The position numbers and the translations under genes are program-made. 64,000 nucleotides of DNA, taken from Polyangiales bacterium. GTDB lineage: Bacteria > Myxococcota_A > Polyangia > Polyangiales > Polyangiaceae. This document shows, piece by piece, positions 17,558-27,071 of the stretch; the first letter of the stretch is position 1; each line of letters opens with the position of its first letter. The notes beneath the pieces are model-generated. The model was not told the origin of the DNA. It made no database searches and was given only the letters and a program-made list of their open reading frames with translations. The stretch is from positions 32,001 to 96,000 of the forward strand of contig JBBRNJ010000010.1 of assembly GCA_038230375.1 (NCBI GenBank), written 5' to 3'.

Positions 17558-19348
17558 GTGCACGTACCCTCGCAGTCGTCGCTCGATGCCCTCTTCGCGC
17601 GCGTCACGAGCGCGCGTGTGTCTCCTATCCTCGCGCCTTCCGTCCTCGTCCAGGTCCGGGGCGACGAGGCCCGCGCGCTCCGCGACCTCGTGCGGATCAG
17701 CGACTTCGACGGCCGCGACTTCCACTGCATGTGCCGCGGCGATCTCGCGCTCGAGCTCTTCGACGACGACAGCGACGATGCCCCGCCGTTCGCGACGCTC
17801 GGCCTCCACCACGGAATTTCGCTCCGCTTCGACGCCTGGGGCTCGGATGCCCTCCTTCTTGACGGGCGTGCGATGCTCGCGTGGCTCGCCGCGCGGGGCG
17901 CACCGGCTTGGCTCCGCGCGTTCGAGGACGATCGCGCGCGCGCCCGCGTGGCAGAGAGCGCGCGGGTGGCGTGGATTGACGCCGCTCCGGCGTGCCTCCT
18001 CCCTCTCGAACACCACGAATCCCCCGATGGGATGCGCCTCGACGCAAGATCGACCCGCCTGGTCGAGGCCGAGGCACGCGTGCGTGCTGCCTACGCGTCG
18101 CCTGACGCCGCCGCGGCCGCGCTTCTCGCGTGGTACGGCTCGTCCGCCGGTCCCTACTCGGGCTTCCCGTCGTACGAGGCGCTCCCCGAGCAGCTCCTCT
18201 TCTGCCTTGGACCTCGCTTCGCACGCGAGGCCGCCGCGAGCTCCCGCGACGATGCGGTCGTCCGCGGCGCGGCGCGCTTTTTCGCCTCGTGGGAGATGGT
18301 CTCGGCGAAGAAGTCCGAGCTCGCCGACATCGACGATGCGCTCTGGGCGCGAATGAAGCGCCTCGTTCCCGCCGTCTCGGACAACGCAGATCGTCTCGCG
18401 CGTGCGTCGGAGATCGGAGCGGAGGCGCGCGCGCGCCGCAAGAACCCGGCGCCGGTGAAGACGGCGAGCGGCGCGATGCTCGTCGGCGTTGGTGAAGCGC
18501 GCCTCCACGGCATCGCGAGCGACGGGAAGAGCCTCTACGTGGCCGATGGCAAGCGCCTCGTCGCGTTCGCGCCCGGCAGCACGATCCCGCGCGTCCTCCA
18601 CACCCTCGACGATCCGTTCTTCGAGCTCGCGTACTGCGCAAAGATGCTCCTCGTGACCGAGATCAACCGCGGCGTCGTCGCGAAGCTCGTCCTCGACGGT
18701 CCGTATGTTCCGATGGCCACCGGACGCACGCGCCCGATGTCGCTCGCGAGCGCCCCAGCCGTGCTCGCCTGGCTGGAGCCGCTCGAGCGCGTCGACGCGA
18801 CGACGAACGTCATCACCCAGGACATCGCGGTCGTGCGCTTCGATCAGGGCGCGTGCAGAATCGTCGCGCAGCGTCCGTCGGCGTTTTGCCTCGTCGCGGA
18901 TCGGCATGGCCTCTTCTGGCTCGAGCTCGCCAACGCGGACGTCCTCGTCGTTGGCGAGCGCGGCCCGATCGCGCGGTTCGCGCGCCCGCAGCCTGGGTCG
19001 TCGAGCCCCCCGCGCCTCGCTGCGAGCCCCGAGATGCTCCTCGTGGCCGATGACCGCGCGCTCCTCGTGCTGCCGAAGAGCGATGGCGCCCTCACGCCGC
19101 TCGCCACGCTCGGCCCGGTCGGCGGCACGATCGAGGCGCTCGTCGCCGATGACTTTGACGTCTTCGCGCTCACCGCCAGCGCCGATCGCACGAGCGGTCG
19201 CCTCGAGCACGTAAAGCTCGGCGGCGGTCCGTCGACGATCCTCGCCGACTACGAGCGTCCACCGTGGGACCGTGGCTCGATCGTGCTCGACGCCCGCGCG
19301 ATTTCCTGGACGACGCAGGATCGCGTCCTCTCGTTATCCCGGCGCTGA
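17558..19348 (+). CDS. Hypothetical protein (HCMC motif; beta-propeller-like C-terminal half)
   Basis: Long ORF with normal composition; IASDGKSLYVA and LVADDFDVFA blade-like motifs. Confidence 0.7.
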   Translation: MHVPSQSSLDALFARVTSARVSPILAPSVLVQVRGDEARALRDLVRISDFDGRDFHCMCRGDLALELFDDDSDDAPPFATLGLHHGISLRFDAWGSDALLLDGRAMLAWLAARGAPAWLRAFEDDRARARVAESARVAWIDAAPACLLPLEHHESPDGMRLDARSTRLVEAEARVRAAYASPDAAAAALLAWYGSSAGPYSGFPSYEALPEQLLFCLGPRFAREAAASSRDDAVVRGAARFFASWEMVSAKKSELADIDDALWARMKRLVPAVSDNADRLARASEIGAEARARRKNPAPVKTASGAMLVGVGEARLHGIASDGKSLYVADGKRLVAFAPGSTIPRVLHTLDDPFFELAYCAKMLLVTEINRGVVAKLVLDGPYVPMATGRTRPMSLASAPAVLAWLEPLERVDATTNVITQDIAVVRFDQGACRIVAQRPSAFCLVADRHGLFWLELANADVLVVGERGPIARFARPQPGSSSPPRLAASPEMLLVADDRALLVLPKSDGALTPLATLGPVGGTIEALVADDFDVFALTASADRTSGRLEHVKLGGGPSTILADYERPPWDRGSIVLDARAISWTTQDRVLSLSRR

Positions 19349-19418
19349 GCTCGTCACCGCGCAGGCCGGGCACCCTCTTCTCCGTCGGATCTCGCTCACG
19401 CGCCGCGCCGAGTGATCC

Positions 19419-20630
19419 TCACGGTTGCGCGCGCCGGCCCGTTTTCCTCGCACCAAATGCGATTGCAATCGCTGCGGCCAGGATCGCGGCAAGGAACCCG
19501 CTGTCCGTCGCCCCTCCGCCGTTCACGCGACAACCGGAGGACTCGCCGGTGGGTGCCGGATCGGAGCCGCCGTCGACATCGGCGCCACCGCCGCCAGCGC
19601 CGCCACCGCCGCTGCCTCCACCGCCTCCTCCGGTTCCGCCTCCTCCGGTTCCGCCTCCCGTCCCTCCGTCCGCCCCTCCGCCGCCGGCGGAGGCGTCCAT
19701 GCCGGTGCCCGCGTCGTACGTGACGACGCTGGTGCTCTGGGAAACGTCCGCGTACGTGGTGCCGATCCGATATTCGTCGAAGTCGGACGTGGTGCCCGCT
19801 GACTCCAGCTCGACCCAGCCAAAATGGAACGGATAGACCTGCCACGACGTCTGGGTGCCGCCGTTGTTGATCCAGGAGAGATCAAGCGCGTTCGCCCCCG
19901 GCGGATCGTTCGCGGCCGGAGTTGGATCTTGCCACATCGTGATCGTGGTGCCCGCCACCGCGAAGTCGATCTTGTGGACCATCCAGTGGGTGACGCCGTC
20001 ATTGTACGGCTTCGTGGATTGGTAGTCTTCGCCGTTGGTGATGTTGACAGGGCAGCCGATCGAGTGACCGCAGGTTCGTTCGTAGCCGTAGTTCGCGTTC
20101 ATGCCGCCACGACCAAAGAACATCACCTCGCCGTTCTTGTTGCCCGAGGTGAATCCGCCCGCGGCATCGAAGCTCTCGTAGAGGTGCGAGCCCGCGGAGC
20201 TCCCCGATCCGGTGTGCCCGCGCGACACGAACGCGAGCCAGACCGTGGTCCCGGGTTTTCCGATCACGGCTTGCGTGCCTCCGAACTGCGTTGGGACCGT
20301 CTCGACCACGCCCGCAGCCTCCGCAGCAGACCCGGGTCCGCACGCGATCGGACGCAGCGCGCGCGAGTCCGCGGCGGTGATCTGGAGCGAGCCGCCAGTG
20401 GCCAAGAGCCCGCCCGGAATGTTGGGGATCGCGCCGATCGCCTTGAAATTGGCGCCCGGATTCTGCCAAGGTCCGGCCCATCCACCGCCGCCCGACTGCC
20501 CGCCCAGCGATTGGTTCGCCGCATACGAGAACTGCTCCGACGCGATCAAGGTGGCATGTGCGTTGGAACCCAACGTCATGGCGAACGCAAACGCGGCGGC
20601 AGAGGCAACGGGGAGCGATTTCATGTCCAT
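19419..20630 (-). CDS. Secreted surface protein with MYXO-CTERM-like tail
   Basis: Signal peptide AHA|T; Gly-rich linker; SSGC + hydrophobic helix + RKTGRR. Confidence 0.85.
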   Translation of the reverse strand: MDMKSLPVASAAAFAFAMTLGSNAHATLIASEQFSYAANQSLGGQSGGGGWAGPWQNPGANFKAIGAIPNIPGGLLATGGSLQITAADSRALRPIACGPGSAAEAAGVVETVPTQFGGTQAVIGKPGTTVWLAFVSRGHTGSGSSAGSHLYESFDAAGGFTSGNKNGEVMFFGRGGMNANYGYERTCGHSIGCPVNITNGEDYQSTKPYNDGVTHWMVHKIDFAVAGTTITMWQDPTPAANDPPGANALDLSWINNGGTQTSWQVYPFHFGWVELESAGTTSDFDEYRIGTTYADVSQSTSVVTYDAGTGMDASAGGGGADGGTGGGTGGGGTGGGGGGSGGGGAGGGGADVDGGSDPAPTGESSGCRVNGGGATDSGFLAAILAAAIAIAFGARKTGRRAQP

Positions 20631-20680
20631 CGGTGGGTACAGCGCGCGTTCGCGATCACGAAATCGGATAGCATCGCCGC

Positions 20681-21667
20681 GTGAGCTCGAACGCCCTCCG
20701 TGCTCTGGTGGTCGCCGCCATGTGTGCCGTCGCGATCAGCGCCGCCGGTCGCGCACGTGCGGACGCGCCGTGGCTCGGCGTCACGCGCGGGCCCGGTGCC
20801 ACCGACTGTCCCGATGCGACCGCGCTCGCTGCGGCCGTCGCGCGCGAGCCTCACGGTGGAGATGGCGCGGCGCTTGCCATGTCCCACTACAACGTGGCGA
20901 TCACCCGCGACGCCGCGCGCCTCGCCGCCACCATTCGCGTGAGCGGGGCCAACGCCGGCGAACGCACGATTGTCGATCGCGGCGACACCTGTCAGGGCCT
21001 TGCGCGCGCGCTCGCCGTAACGCTAGCAATCCTGCTCGATGAAGAACGACGCGCGCGCGAAGAGAGCGTCGAGGCGCCGGTGAATCCGCCGCCGCCCCAG
21101 GCGCCACCGCAACGAGACACCGCGCCGCCTGTGCGCGTGCCAAGGTCGAGCGAGCGGGCAGTGACGATCGGCGCGCGGGCGGGAGGAGGCGCTCTCCTTG
21201 GTGTGTTGCCGCAGCCGGGTGCGATGGGCGTGGTCGAGGCCACATTCGGCGTGGGTCGTTGGTCGCTCCAAGCAGGCGCGATCGGCGCGCCCGCGGTCGC
21301 CGCGCGCGTCGGGATCGGCGAAGTGGATGTCTCGGCGATCGCCGGGCGTGTCTCGGGTTGCGGCGGAATTTCCAGCGATCCACGCGCACTCACCGCGGGC
21401 ATCTGTGCGGTCGTCGCGGTGGGCGCAGTAGAAGGCGCTGCGCATGGCTACGACACGAACGACACTCGAACCCGCGCGTGGGTCGCGGCCGGCAGCGCGC
21501 TCTTCGGCGCAGGCCCGATCGCGAGCCCGCTCACATGGTGGGGCAAGGCGGGATTCCTGGTGCCGATCGTGCCGCAAGGCTTTGATGTTCGTGGGGTCGG
21601 GCCCGTCTTCGTGCCGCCCGCGGCCGGCGGCTCACTCGAAATGGGCATCGGAGTGACGTTTCGGTGA
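20681..21667 (+). CDS. Exported protein of the ECF operon (Pro linker, barrel-like C-terminus)
   Basis: Signal ARA|D; C-terminal GSLEMGIGVTFR; 4 nt before the sigma factor gene. Confidence 0.75.
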   Translation: MSSNALRALVVAAMCAVAISAAGRARADAPWLGVTRGPGATDCPDATALAAAVAREPHGGDGAALAMSHYNVAITRDAARLAATIRVSGANAGERTIVDRGDTCQGLARALAVTLAILLDEERRAREESVEAPVNPPPPQAPPQRDTAPPVRVPRSSERAVTIGARAGGGALLGVLPQPGAMGVVEATFGVGRWSLQAGAIGAPAVAARVGIGEVDVSAIAGRVSGCGGISSDPRALTAGICAVVAVGAVEGAAHGYDTNDTRTRAWVAAGSALFGAGPIASPLTWWGKAGFLVPIVPQGFDVRGVGPVFVPPAAGGSLEMGIGVTFR

Positions 21668-21671
21668 TCGC

Positions 21672-22241
21672 GTGACCAGTGAGGCGCCACAAGCCGTCGA
21701 CCCGATGACCTTCGACGAGGCCTACCGTACGCATTTCGACTACGTCTGGCGAACGTTGCGTCGTCTGGGCGTGCGCGAAGCCGACGCGTCCGATGCCGCG
21801 CAAGACGTGTTCATCGTCGTCCACCGGAAGCTCGAGACGTTCGAGGGCAACGCGCTCCTCACCACCTGGCTGTTCCGCATTTGCATGTATGTTGCAAGTG
21901 AGCGGCGCCGGTCTGCGAGCGCACGGCACGAGGTTGCGGACGAGGCGCTAGACCCGCCCTCCACCGCGCCCAACGCCGAAGAGGACGCGCAGCGAAAGCA
22001 GGAGCTGGCCCTTGCCGAAGGGATGATGGATTCGCTGACCGATGAGCAACGCGCAGTGTTCGTGCTCTTCGAGATTGAAGAGATGAACGGCGATGAAATC
22101 GCGGAGGCCCTGGAAATCCCGGTGGGCACCGTGCGCTCGCGCCTCCGCATGGCGCGCGAGGCATTTCAAGCGGCGATGACACGCGCGAAGGCTCGATCGG
22201 AGTTCGCCGGCGCGGCGCGCTCGGCCGTGAAGGAGCGATGA
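21672..22241 (+). CDS. ECF RNA polymerase sigma factor
   Basis: VWRTLRRLGV, DAAQDVF, TTWLFRI, EIAEALEIPVGTVRSRL. Confidence 0.95.
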   Translation: MTSEAPQAVDPMTFDEAYRTHFDYVWRTLRRLGVREADASDAAQDVFIVVHRKLETFEGNALLTTWLFRICMYVASERRRSASARHEVADEALDPPSTAPNAEEDAQRKQELALAEGMMDSLTDEQRAVFVLFEIEEMNGDEIAEALEIPVGTVRSRLRMAREAFQAAMTRAKARSEFAGAARSAVKER

Positions 22242-22993
22242 CGATGCAAGACCCGACCAGACTGAAAGACGAAGGGACGCTGGAGCGACAGCTGCTCTCG
22301 CGGCTGGAGGAAGCGGCGCCCCCGCCGGGCGAACGCGAACGAGTCGGTGTGATACTGGATGCGCGGCTTCACGCGCTCGGCGCGAAGCGTCCGTGGTTCT
22401 CTCGCACCGCCGGGGTCGTCGGGCTTGCGTGTGTGGGCGCCCTCTTCCTCGGCTCCGGCTTCTGGCTCTCGTCCTCTGGTGCCGGGGCCGTTCGAACCAC
22501 GTCCGCGATCACGCCGGTGACACCCATGGTGGAGCCTGCATCCGCGCCCGTGCCCGCGGCGTCTGCCGCGCCCGTTGCGACCGTGGCGGTCGATCCCGAG
22601 CCCGCAACGATCGCGACGGATCCACGACAGAGCGCGCGTCCGAACGCGCCGCCGAGCGCGCGGACCACAAGCTCTGTCGCCGCGTCGGCAGCGCCGCCTA
22701 CACCAAGCGTCGCCGCAGAGGAAGTGGGCAGCGATCTGCGAGACGAGAGCGCGCTGCTTGCGAGAGCGCGCGGCGAGCTTCGCGCAGGTGCACCGGCGAC
22801 CGCGCTGGACACACTCGCTGACGCCAACAAGAAATTTCCGAACGGCGCGCTGTCGCAGGAACGCGAGGCGCTCACGATCGAGGCGTTGTCCCGCTCGGGA
22901 CACACCATCGATGCTCGTGAGCGCTTCGACGCCTTCGCGCGCGCCAACCCCGAGAGCCCACACACCGCACGCCTTCGGAGGCTCTTTCCGTGA
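22238..22993 (+). CDS. Probable anti-sigma factor (TM, Pro/Ala linker, TPR-like C-terminus)
   Basis: ATGA overlap with the ECF gene; LRDESALLARAR...FPNGALSQEREAL...P.SPH. Confidence 0.8.
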   Translation: MTMQDPTRLKDEGTLERQLLSRLEEAAPPPGERERVGVILDARLHALGAKRPWFSRTAGVVGLACVGALFLGSGFWLSSSGAGAVRTTSAITPVTPMVEPASAPVPAASAAPVATVAVDPEPATIATDPRQSARPNAPPSARTTSSVAASAAPPTPSVAAEEVGSDLRDESALLARARGELRAGAPATALDTLADANKKFPNGALSQEREALTIEALSRSGHTIDARERFDAFARANPESPHTARLRRLFP

Positions 22994-23721
22994 GCACCCG
23001 AAGGTGCGCCGCGCTCTTGTCGCTGCTCGGACTCGGCGCACTCGTCGCCGCCTGCGCCGCAGAGTCGACCACGGTGGGCAGCGTAGATTCGCAGGCGACC
23101 AATGGCGACGGTGGAGACGCGGGCGTGGTGGGCGCGGATGGTGAGGTCTCCAGCGACGGGAGCGGTCCATTCGTGGAAGGCGGCGGCTTCGATGCGGCTT
23201 GCGTGACGCCTCCGTATCCAGGCGGCCCGTACGGCGTGTTGATGGGATCAGTGCTCTCACCGAAGCCAAGCTGGACTGGCTACGTAGACGGCGCGACCAC
23301 GGCGACCACCATCGTCGCGAGCGACTACTTCGACGGCGCGCAGTGCCGTGGCATCAGCGCGCTGTTCATCGTCGAGATCGATGCGAGCGATCCGACAGCC
23401 GAGGACGTGACCACGCTGATCGCGCAGAACCTGGCAGGGCCGTGGGCGGGCGGTCACGTGCGCGTCCTGCAGCTGGTCACCCGCGGAAGCACCGGCGCCG
23501 CAGCCACCCTCGCGGATGCGGATTCATGGCGCGCTGCGCATGCCGCCACGTGGTCTGTCGCGGTCGACGCGGCGGAGACCTACCAGTCCCCGGCCGACGG
23601 ATTCTATCCGCAGATTCGGCTCGTCGTGGACACATGCTCGATGGTGGTCACGCGCTGGGTGCATCGCGATGACGTGACCTCCGACGTGACAGCATTTGCG
23701 AAGCGCACGTCCTGTCCGTGA
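22990..23721 (+). CDS. Lipoprotein with thioredoxin-like fold lacking CxxC
   Basis: VAAC lipobox; YPGGPYG, WTGY, W...H..TWSVAVD, YPQIRLVVD. Confidence 0.65.
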   Translation: MSTRRCAALLSLLGLGALVAACAAESTTVGSVDSQATNGDGGDAGVVGADGEVSSDGSGPFVEGGGFDAACVTPPYPGGPYGVLMGSVLSPKPSWTGYVDGATTATTIVASDYFDGAQCRGISALFIVEIDASDPTAEDVTTLIAQNLAGPWAGGHVRVLQLVTRGSTGAAATLADADSWRAAHAATWSVAVDAAETYQSPADGFYPQIRLVVDTCSMVVTRWVHRDDVTSDVTAFAKRTSCP

Positions 23722-23776
23722 GCCCCGTTCATTTTTCGTGATCGCAGACGCCACGTGCGACCACTGACGGCCACCG

Positions 23777-25339
23777 ATGAATCGTCGCGTCGCTTTTTCG
23801 CTGGTCCTCTCACAGCTGTGCCTTTTTTCCGCCTGCGGCAGCGCCGACGGCACCAACTCGAGCGGTGACGCGAACGACGCGTCCACGTGCGCGCCCTCGG
23901 CGAACGGAGGCGTCTGCGTGGCGGACGAGGGCGGGTCCACCACGGACGGCGCCAGCGGAGGCCCTGACGCGAAGTCGACCGCGCCCGATGGCGGCGGCGA
24001 CGCCGGCCGTGACGGAGGCGGCGGCAACAAGGGCGACGGAGGCGGTGATGCAAGCGACGCCTCCGGACCGTTCTCCACGTCGTTCCAGTTCGCAGTCGGC
24101 GAGGAACACGCGTGCGCGCTCTTTCCCGATGGCCGCGCCAAATGCTGGGGCCAGCTCTACGTGGGCGCATTCACGCACTTCGCAGGCAATGCCCCGAACA
24201 CGATGGGAGCCAGCCTCGCGTACCTGGATTTTGGCGGCGCGAACGTCGCGCGGATCGCCGCCGGGAGCCAGAAGTCGTGCGGGATCCTGGAGAGCGGCCA
24301 GGTCCGCTGCTTTGGCAACTCGGTCTACGGCGAGCTCGGGAGCGCGGGCGGCGTTTATCTGAACGGGGCGAGCCAGAACCTTCCGCTCCCCGCAGGTCGC
24401 ACCGTGAGGGAAGTCGCGCTCGGCTGGACCCATACCTGCTTGTTGTTCGACGACGGCACGGTCCGATGCATCGGCGCGAACGACGCTGGGCAACTCGGAC
24501 AAGGCGACACCACGCCGCGCACCAGCCTCGTGGCCATTCCCGCGGTGGCCCTTGGCGCAGGACGGAGCGCAAAACACATCACCGCGAACGGCACGTTCAC
24601 ATGCGCGACCTTGGATGACGATCGCCTGAAGTGCTGGGGCGCGAACTCCAACCTGCAAGGCGGCAGCGGTGGGATCGGCGGTAATCTGTGCACGGGCGAC
24701 CACATCGCGCGCGGCGACCAACCCGGCACGATGGGCGACGCGCTCCCCTACGCGGCGCTCGGAAACGACGGTATGGGCCAGCCGTGGCACGTGAAGAAGG
24801 TCACCACCGGCCCCAACTACGCATGCGCGATCCTCGCGAACGATCGCCTGAAGTGTTGGGGCCGAAATGACGGCGGCTACCTGGGCTCGGGCAACACCAC
24901 GACGTACGGCGAGACGCCTGCCCTGATCGGCGACGCGATCCCGTTCATCGTTGTGGGCACCACCGCGGGCTCGCCCACGCCGGTCGTGGACGTGGCCGCT
25001 GCGGCCTTCGCCACATGCGCGGTCCTTCAAGGCGGAGCCGTGAAATGCTGGGGCGGTCACGCGCTGGGCGTGCTCGGCGACGAACAGAGCACCAACGTCA
25101 TTGTCGGCGATGACCCCGCCGAGATGGGCGACTCGCTGGCGCTGGTGCCGCTCGGCGCCGGACGCGTCGCGACCGCGATCGGGTCCAATGCAAACACCAT
25201 GTGCGCGCTGTTCACCGGTGGCGCGATCAAGTGTTGGGGCGCCAACGGCTATGGCCAGCTCGGCCAAGGAGACAACGTGGTGCGCGGCAACATGCAAAAC
25301 CAGATGGGCGACAACCTATTGCCAGTCGTTCTCCAGTAG
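23777..25339 (+). CDS. RCC1-repeat lipoprotein
   Basis: FSAC lipobox; repeated HxCA...VKCWG.N..GQLG. Confidence 0.92.
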   Translation: MNRRVAFSLVLSQLCLFSACGSADGTNSSGDANDASTCAPSANGGVCVADEGGSTTDGASGGPDAKSTAPDGGGDAGRDGGGGNKGDGGGDASDASGPFSTSFQFAVGEEHACALFPDGRAKCWGQLYVGAFTHFAGNAPNTMGASLAYLDFGGANVARIAAGSQKSCGILESGQVRCFGNSVYGELGSAGGVYLNGASQNLPLPAGRTVREVALGWTHTCLLFDDGTVRCIGANDAGQLGQGDTTPRTSLVAIPAVALGAGRSAKHITANGTFTCATLDDDRLKCWGANSNLQGGSGGIGGNLCTGDHIARGDQPGTMGDALPYAALGNDGMGQPWHVKKVTTGPNYACAILANDRLKCWGRNDGGYLGSGNTTTYGETPALIGDAIPFIVVGTTAGSPTPVVDVAAAAFATCAVLQGGAVKCWGGHALGVLGDEQSTNVIVGDDPAEMGDSLALVPLGAGRVATAIGSNANTMCALFTGGAIKCWGANGYGQLGQGDNVVRGNMQNQMGDNLLPVVLQ

Positions 25340-25637
25340 CGCGCGGCATGCTTCGGTGGAGGACTGCGCATGCGCCGCCTTCACGCGCTCACGCTCGCTC
25401 GCTGTCGGGGCCTTCACTCGTGCGACGGCAACCACTGGACTTGTACCGGAGACAACGATCCAATCTCGCTGGTGGGCAAAGCCTGACCGTCGCCACCGAG
25501 CCCGCCGCAGATGCACGCGTTGTACGTCACATCACTGCTCAGGATCTGCCTTCGCTGACCTGCACGACGTCGGCCGGTAGAATGCTGCCAACGTACGGCT
25601 GGGCTCGACGTGGGAAGGTTGGTACGCTCCGGATGCC

Positions 25638-27071
25638 GTGACCGTCGATAACGAGCTCACCCAGGCCGAGACGCGCATCGGCAACGTACTCCGCGATAAG
25701 TATCGACTGGAGCGCGTGCTGGGCATCGGCGGGATGGCGGCCGTCTACGCGGCAACGCATCGCAACCAGAAGAAGTTCGCGGTCAAGATTCTCCACACGG
25801 AGCTGTCACGCAACGCGGACGTTCGGGCGCGATTCGTTCGCGAGGGCTATGCGGCGAACTCGGTTGACCACCCTGGCGCCGTCGCGGTCCTGGATGACGA
25901 CACCGCAGAGGACGGATCGGCGTTCCTGGTGATGGAGCTGCTCGCCGGCGCTCCGCTCGAGTCGATCTGGGAGAAGGGCGGCCAGCGAATGGCACCCGCG
26001 TCCGTGCTTGCGATCACGTCGCAGCTCCTCGACATCCTGGCGGCCGCGCACGCGAAGTCGATCGTGCACCGCGACATCAAGCCGGCGAACATCTTCATCA
26101 CGACAGAGGGCAACGTGAAGTTGCTCGACTTCGGCATCGCGCGCGTACGCGACGCAGCCACGACCAGCATGACCCAGACGGGCGCCCTTCTCGGAACGCC
26201 CGCGTACATGCCGCCCGAGCAGGCGCTCGGCAACGTCCACGAGCTGGATGGTCAGACGGATGTGTGGGCCGTGGGCGCAATGATGTTCACCCTTGCGACT
26301 GGCCACTACGTGCACGAGGGCGACACCCCACAGAAGCTCATGATCAGGGCCGCCACAACACCGCCGCGCAGCATCACGAGCGTCGCCCCGGGCTCATTTC
26401 CGCCGTTCGCAGCCGTGGTCGATCGCGCGCTCATGTTTCAGAAGGCCGATCGTTTTCTCTCGGCCTCGGACATGAAGCGCGCCGTCGACGACGCGCATCG
26501 CGCCATCACCGCGGTACTGCCGTCGCGCGAGGCGGTGGCGGCCGCCTGCTTCGGCGGTCCGGCGCCCGTGAATGCCCCGGCGATGAGTCCCACCATGGTG
26601 GCGGAGTCCCCGCCCACCCTCATCATGGCGCCGCTCGCACAACAAGCGCCACCGACCATGCCGGCCGTCTCGTCGACGCACGTGCCGGGCGCGCCGAAGG
26701 GGAGCGCGTGGCTCTATGTTTCGGTCGCTGCCGTCGTTCTTCTCATCGGGATCGGAGCCGGCGGTGGGCTCCTTGCCCGCAGCGGGAAACTCCACGGAGA
26801 TGACGCCGCGAACGCCGCGAACGGATCCGATGCAGTGCTGGTCACGCCGACGTCACCGCCCGTGCCGCAAGCTCCTTCCTCGGCGGACACGAAGACCGCT
26901 GGTGCCGCCCCGAGCGCAGGCGCAACCGCGAGCGCAAGAGGCCCCGGCCAAAAGGCACCGCCCAGGCCTGCTGACCTGGCGAAAGGCGCCCAAGCAAAGA
27001 AGGCCTGCGCCCCGAACTACACCCTCGACATCAATGGCGAGAAGCACTTCAAGCCCGAGTGCTTCGAATGA
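25638..27071 (+). CDS. Ser/Thr protein kinase, membrane-anchored
   Basis: LGIGGMAAVY, AVK, HRDIKPAN, DFG, GTPAYMPPE; TM; terminal C-x-PNY...KPEC. Confidence 0.95.
   Translation: MTVDNELTQAETRIGNVLRDKYRLERVLGIGGMAAVYAATHRNQKKFAVKILHTELSRNADVRARFVREGYAANSVDHPGAVAVLDDDTAEDGSAFLVMELLAGAPLESIWEKGGQRMAPASVLAITSQLLDILAAAHAKSIVHRDIKPANIFITTEGNVKLLDFGIARVRDAATTSMTQTGALLGTPAYMPPEQALGNVHELDGQTDVWAVGAMMFTLATGHYVHEGDTPQKLMIRAATTPPRSITSVAPGSFPPFAAVVDRALMFQKADRFLSASDMKRAVDDAHRAITAVLPSREAVAAACFGGPAPVNAPAMSPTMVAESPPTLIMAPLAQQAPPTMPAVSSTHVPGAPKGSAWLYVSVAAVVLLIGIGAGGGLLARSGKLHGDDAANAANGSDAVLVTPTSPPVPQAPSSADTKTAGAAPSAGATASARGPGQKAPPRPADLAKGAQAKKACAPNYTLDINGEKHFKPECFE

Noticed and set aside
17063..19210. Long Arg/Ala-rich alternative ORFs (also 2379-3797, 13461-15242, 32655-34577, 36234-37889, 42643-44226)
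   Set aside because: Typical stop-poor shadow frames of high-GC genes; no recognisable motifs.
25340..25637. Possible minus-strand remnant (ILSSDVTYNACICGGLGG...)
   Set aside because: Short, no start or RBS, no recognisable family.
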